Assembly: GCF_001447785.1 (NCBI RefSeq) | Contig: NW_015173705.1 | Location: forward strand, 568,706 to 632,705 | Length of the DNA: 64,000 nucleotides | Direction of reading: 5' to 3' | From: Gekko japonicus | Lineage: Eukaryota | Part shown: positions 60,519-64,000 of the stretch, piece by piece | Layout: each line of letters starts with the position of its first letter | Position numbering within the stretch: position 1 is the first letter of the stretch | The notes under the pieces: generated by a model | Seen by the model: only the letters and a program-made list of their open reading frames with translations | Databases searched by the model: none | What the model was told of the DNA's origin: nothing | Translations under genes and position numbers: made by a program

Positions 60519-61333
60519 TCTATATATCTAATAGCCAAGTTGCCCCCTCTGTGCGGATATATAAATCCGCACTTCGGGGGCACTTGGGGGGCAGGGAGAG
60601 GTTTGTGCACACGTGGGGCAGTCCCCACGTGTGCACAAAAATCTAAAAAAAACCCCCAAAATATCGGGGGGATATTTAAATCCCCCCAAAACTGACAGAG
60701 CGTTTCCTGCGCATGCGCAGGAAACGCTATGCCGCCAGCCTCGCCGCTGCCACTGCCGCCTCGGAGCCGGCTGGGCCGGGGGGGTGGAGGAGACGGGGCT
60801 CTTCTCCCCCCCGCGAGTATCGCAGGTCCCCCTCTTGTCATTTTATAATCCTCCTCTATCTTTTGATCTGGTGGGAAATAACCAGCTCCCAGTGTTAAGC
60901 TTCCTTTTGGGCCCACTATTTCAACCCTTAGCATTTCCAGAAGTGAATCCAATTCTCTTACCCTCTCAATCTTACTGGACTGTATACCCTCTCTGACATA
61001 CAGAGCCACCCCATCTCTTCACCTACCCGCCCACCACAGTCCTCGGTCCTGTCAGGCACCTCGCATAGTATGAGAGGCGGGCGGCCTTCTTCTTTTTTTT
61101 GGCTAAAAAACCCCACGCCCGGGCCTCAGTGATTCCCCCCCTGCTCCGATGCGAGGCCGGGCGCAGCCGCCCAGACCTCGCATCGGGTGGGGGGGATCAG
61201 CAAGGCCCGGGTGGCTGCGCGCTGCCCGACCTCGCATCGGAGCGGGGGGGAACCTTGAGGCCTCCTCCGCCTGCTCTGCATGGAGCTCCCCCACTTCTCC
61301 CCCCCCCGCGATTTCCGTGGGTCCCCTTTCTTG
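60519..61333 (+). mobile_element. Helitron-like non-autonomous element
   Basis: A|TCTATATATCTAATAG start, 3' GC hairpin followed by CTTG|T, no TSD, A/T insertion site. Confidence 0.6.
60839..61050 (-). mobile_element. CR1 endonuclease-domain fragment
   Basis: GVALYVREGIQS...LEMLRVEIVGPKGSLTLGAGYFPPDQKIEEDYKM resembles CR1 APE (GGVALYV...YRPP). Confidence 0.8.
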
Positions 61334-61383
61334 TGTGTGTCTAACAATGAAACACAAGAAACTGCCCTTCCCATGCAAATTAC

Positions 61384-61503
61384 CTCCACATGTTTTCTTG
61401 TCCAGGAGCTTGTATCCAGGAGGACATTCACATTCATAGCCAATTTTCAGGTCTTTGCATATGTGGGAGCAACCACCGTTGTTGAGTGCACATTCATTCA
61501 CAC
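61384..61503 (-). CDS. LRP8: LRP8/ApoER2 EGF-A exon
   Basis: ctag| (G)[39 protein letters not shown] |gtaat; 120 bp. Confidence 0.96.
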
Positions 61504-63199
61504 CTAGAAAAGACATATAGATTATTTAGGCAATACAAAAAGTTTAGTCCTAAGACTGCAGAAGTTTTTTTAAAAATCTAAGTGCCTGTGCTGTTTGGTG
61601 ATTCAGGAATATCTCCAGGTGAAATCCCTCAGCATAATTCATATGAAAAGTATCTAAACAGAAAGCCACAAAAAATTCTCATATAAGAAACTGTAAATTC
61701 CTTGATTTGAATTTTTTAAAGATGACTTAGTAATAGAATTTTGGCTTAGCTTGTATCTTGTTGGCCCCTGGGCCACATTATTCTTGTTTTTATTGTTCTA
61801 CAGAAATCGTGTTTTAGCTTGTAAGCAACTATGAGGGACTCCTTGAGCCAAATGGAGGGATACAAGTTTTAATCAATTAACTAAAACATCCACTGACTCT
61901 ATTCTCAGAACACCCTCTAGGCCCCAGAAAGGCACGGAAGTATCCTAATCAACTAGTTTAAAAGGGATCGAAACCCAAAGAGGGGCTGCAAGTTCTGGTG
62001 GAAGACAAAACAACTTTCCTGGACACTACACTGCCTCCAAGGCTGTGGATTGCATTTAAAACATATCTATTTTCTCAGCTGTGTGGCGGCTGATAATTCA
62101 ATTGTCCATCCCATACAACTGGGGCCTACATTTTGACAACTCAGCCATATAGGCAGGCTGATCATATGGGTCTTTTCCATGGAAGTGGAAAACTCATGCT
62201 CAGCAGAGTACCCATGCCATGGGAAGACCAGTGTGGCTAGATCATTGTGATGCAGGATGTTGGGGAAATGAGGGGTGTGGGAACCTTTTCATGCACTCCC
62301 ATTCCCACTGTGTTCATTTTGGGGAGGGAGAGAAGCTGGCTTCCCAATTGCAGAGAGAGAGAGAGAGAGACAGAGAGAGGTTCTAAACCAAAACTCTATT
62401 TATTCTATTATACACTCTTAAGTCAGAAAACATTTTTTGTAGTATTTCCGTATTCAACACAGAACATTTCAACACAACCCCAATACATAAATAGTGCACT
62501 TAAAGTTCTCTAAAAGATATCCTTGGCTATTCTGCCAAGACCCATAACAGCAGGGTGGTTGATCAGAACAACCACGAACCAAACTAATTCAGACATTAAG
62601 TACCCTCTTTCACCCACTGAAGCTAATGTAACTGTCAGTCAAGTCTGTGATGAGCATTTGAAGTATACAACAAAGTCAGCCCCTTTCTTTCTATCTCTGG
62701 GGCCAGGAAAGTCAAGGAAAGCTGTGTTAAGCTAGGTTGACTCAGAGAGTCAAGGTAGATAATCGCAGACACTTTATCTATTTAGAATTTGGTAGTGACT
62801 CCTGACTACTGCATGGCATAAACATTCCCAGAAGGCAAAAGTCATGTGAGGCAAAGTCATGTACAGTGATATCCTGAAGGCCACAGCACTTAGCAGAGTC
62901 CTGAAGCCTCCTGGGAACAGAACCAAAGTTTCAACTATAGAAGCTAATTACTATAGAAATTAAAGTATCATAGGTGTACCAGAGGACTGAGGCTCAATCC
63001 AGCCCTAATTCCACAACACTTCCCTGATCCAGAAGGATTATAAAAGCTTCCAGGTCATGTAGGAATTCTGCTTGGCCAAGACTGCCTGGCTCTGGTGCAG
63101 CTTTCTGTGTCCCAACGTAATAGGGAATGAGACTTATTTGACTTCTTCAGGTACGAGCCTACTCAGACACAGGTTTCTTCCTGAGGCTGTATTCCATGT

Positions 63200-63481
63200 G
63201 GGACTGTGGCTCAGTGTCAGAGCTTTGCATACAGAAGGTCCCAGGTTCAATCCCCGGCATCTCCAGTTAAAAGGATCGGGTAGTAGGTGATGTGAGATCC
63301 TGAGGCTGTATTCCATGTGGGACTGTGGCTCAGTGTCAACACTTCTGCTTTGCATACAGAAGGTCCCAGGTTCAATCCTTGGCATCTCCAGTTAAAAGGA
63401 TTGGTTAGTAGGTCATGTGAGATCCTGAAGAGCCACTGCCAGTCTGAACAGACACTACTAACCTTGATGGACCAATGGTCT
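63200..63481 (+). mobile_element. tRNA-derived SINE with tandemly duplicated head
   Basis: Two copies of gggactgtggctcagtg...gaaggtcccaggttcaatcc..ggcatctcca, followed by a CR1-like tail. Confidence 0.75.
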
Positions 63482-63842
63482 AAAATTGAAAATTCAGTAC
63501 AATTTTATCCCCGCAACTCTAAACTGCAGAGGGGTTGAAAGAGGTCATTTCCGTGTCCGACACAACATTTTGCTTGTTGTTTCAATTAACCTACGTAAGG
63601 TGAGGAATAACGTTTTCCTTCTGGTGTGAGATTTGCTATACAGTTTGTGTGGCAATCCTGAGAAGCAGATTTGTCAGGACTAGCCTAGATTTCTAATACA
63701 GGAGAATAGTTTATGATGTATATTTTTTCCATGACACTTTCTTTCTTAGGGTACTTCTATTTAGCTGATGTGATGACACTTTGAAGGAAATTTAACAATA
63801 AAGCATCCTGGAAAACTGCATTGCAAAAGGCTTCCACTAGAC

Positions 63843-64000
63843 CAGGGGTGTCAAACATAAAGCCTGGGGGCCGGAACTGGCCCATCTAGGGCTTTTATGT
63901 GGACCGCAAGCAACTAGTACAAAGGAGGGAACAGGAGACTGCTCAGGGGGGGAGTGGGTGCAGCTACTCCAATTGTGGCTTTAGCATGGCGGAACAACCT
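63843..64000 (+). mobile_element. hAT element left end (same family as 47403-48620), truncated by the window
   Basis: CAGGGGTGTCAAA...gcctgggggccggaac...caagcaact matches 47403 onward. Confidence 0.8.

Noticed and set aside
63200-63390. Two tRNA genes
   Set aside because: Incomplete cloverleaf and followed by SINE body/tail; these are SINE heads.
63595-63635. Possible LRP8 furin-site micro-exon (tag|...|gtagg on the minus strand)
   Set aside because: It is 41 nt, not phase 1-1 compatible, has no RxxR in the required frame, and has a weak polypyrimidine tract.

Overview
Vertebrate genomic DNA, most likely from a squamate (gecko-like, judged from Sauria-SINE, Squam-type SINE and TAGGGTTGCCA repeat content). 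It carries the conserved CPT2(+)-CZIB/C1orf123(-)-MAGOH(-)-LRP8(-) block. Reconstructed by hand from splice sites: the last two CPT2 coding exons, all 8 CZIB coding exons (160 aa, one GC-AG intron), all 5 MAGOH exons (146 aa) and the 12 3'-most LRP8/ApoER2 coding exons plus a long 3'UTR. Introns and intergenic DNA hold a structurally complete but decayed 4.6-kb DIRS1-type tyrosine-recombinase retrotransposon, hAT MITEs with perfect 8-bp TSDs, a Helitron-like element, Penelope-like inverted repeats, L2/CR1/RTE-X-like LINE fragments and SINEs. The signals least explained by known features are: a ~195-nt G.U-rich hairpin at the CZIB promoter that folds better on the + strand; an orphan CpG island with first-exon splice signals and an H/ACA-like intronic fold; inverted MITEs bracketing a CZIB zinc-ligand exon; and a Helitron-like element with two terminators enclosing a CR1 fragment. 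There are two assembly gaps (2022-2055, 32622-33333). No new system is proven; these are candidates.
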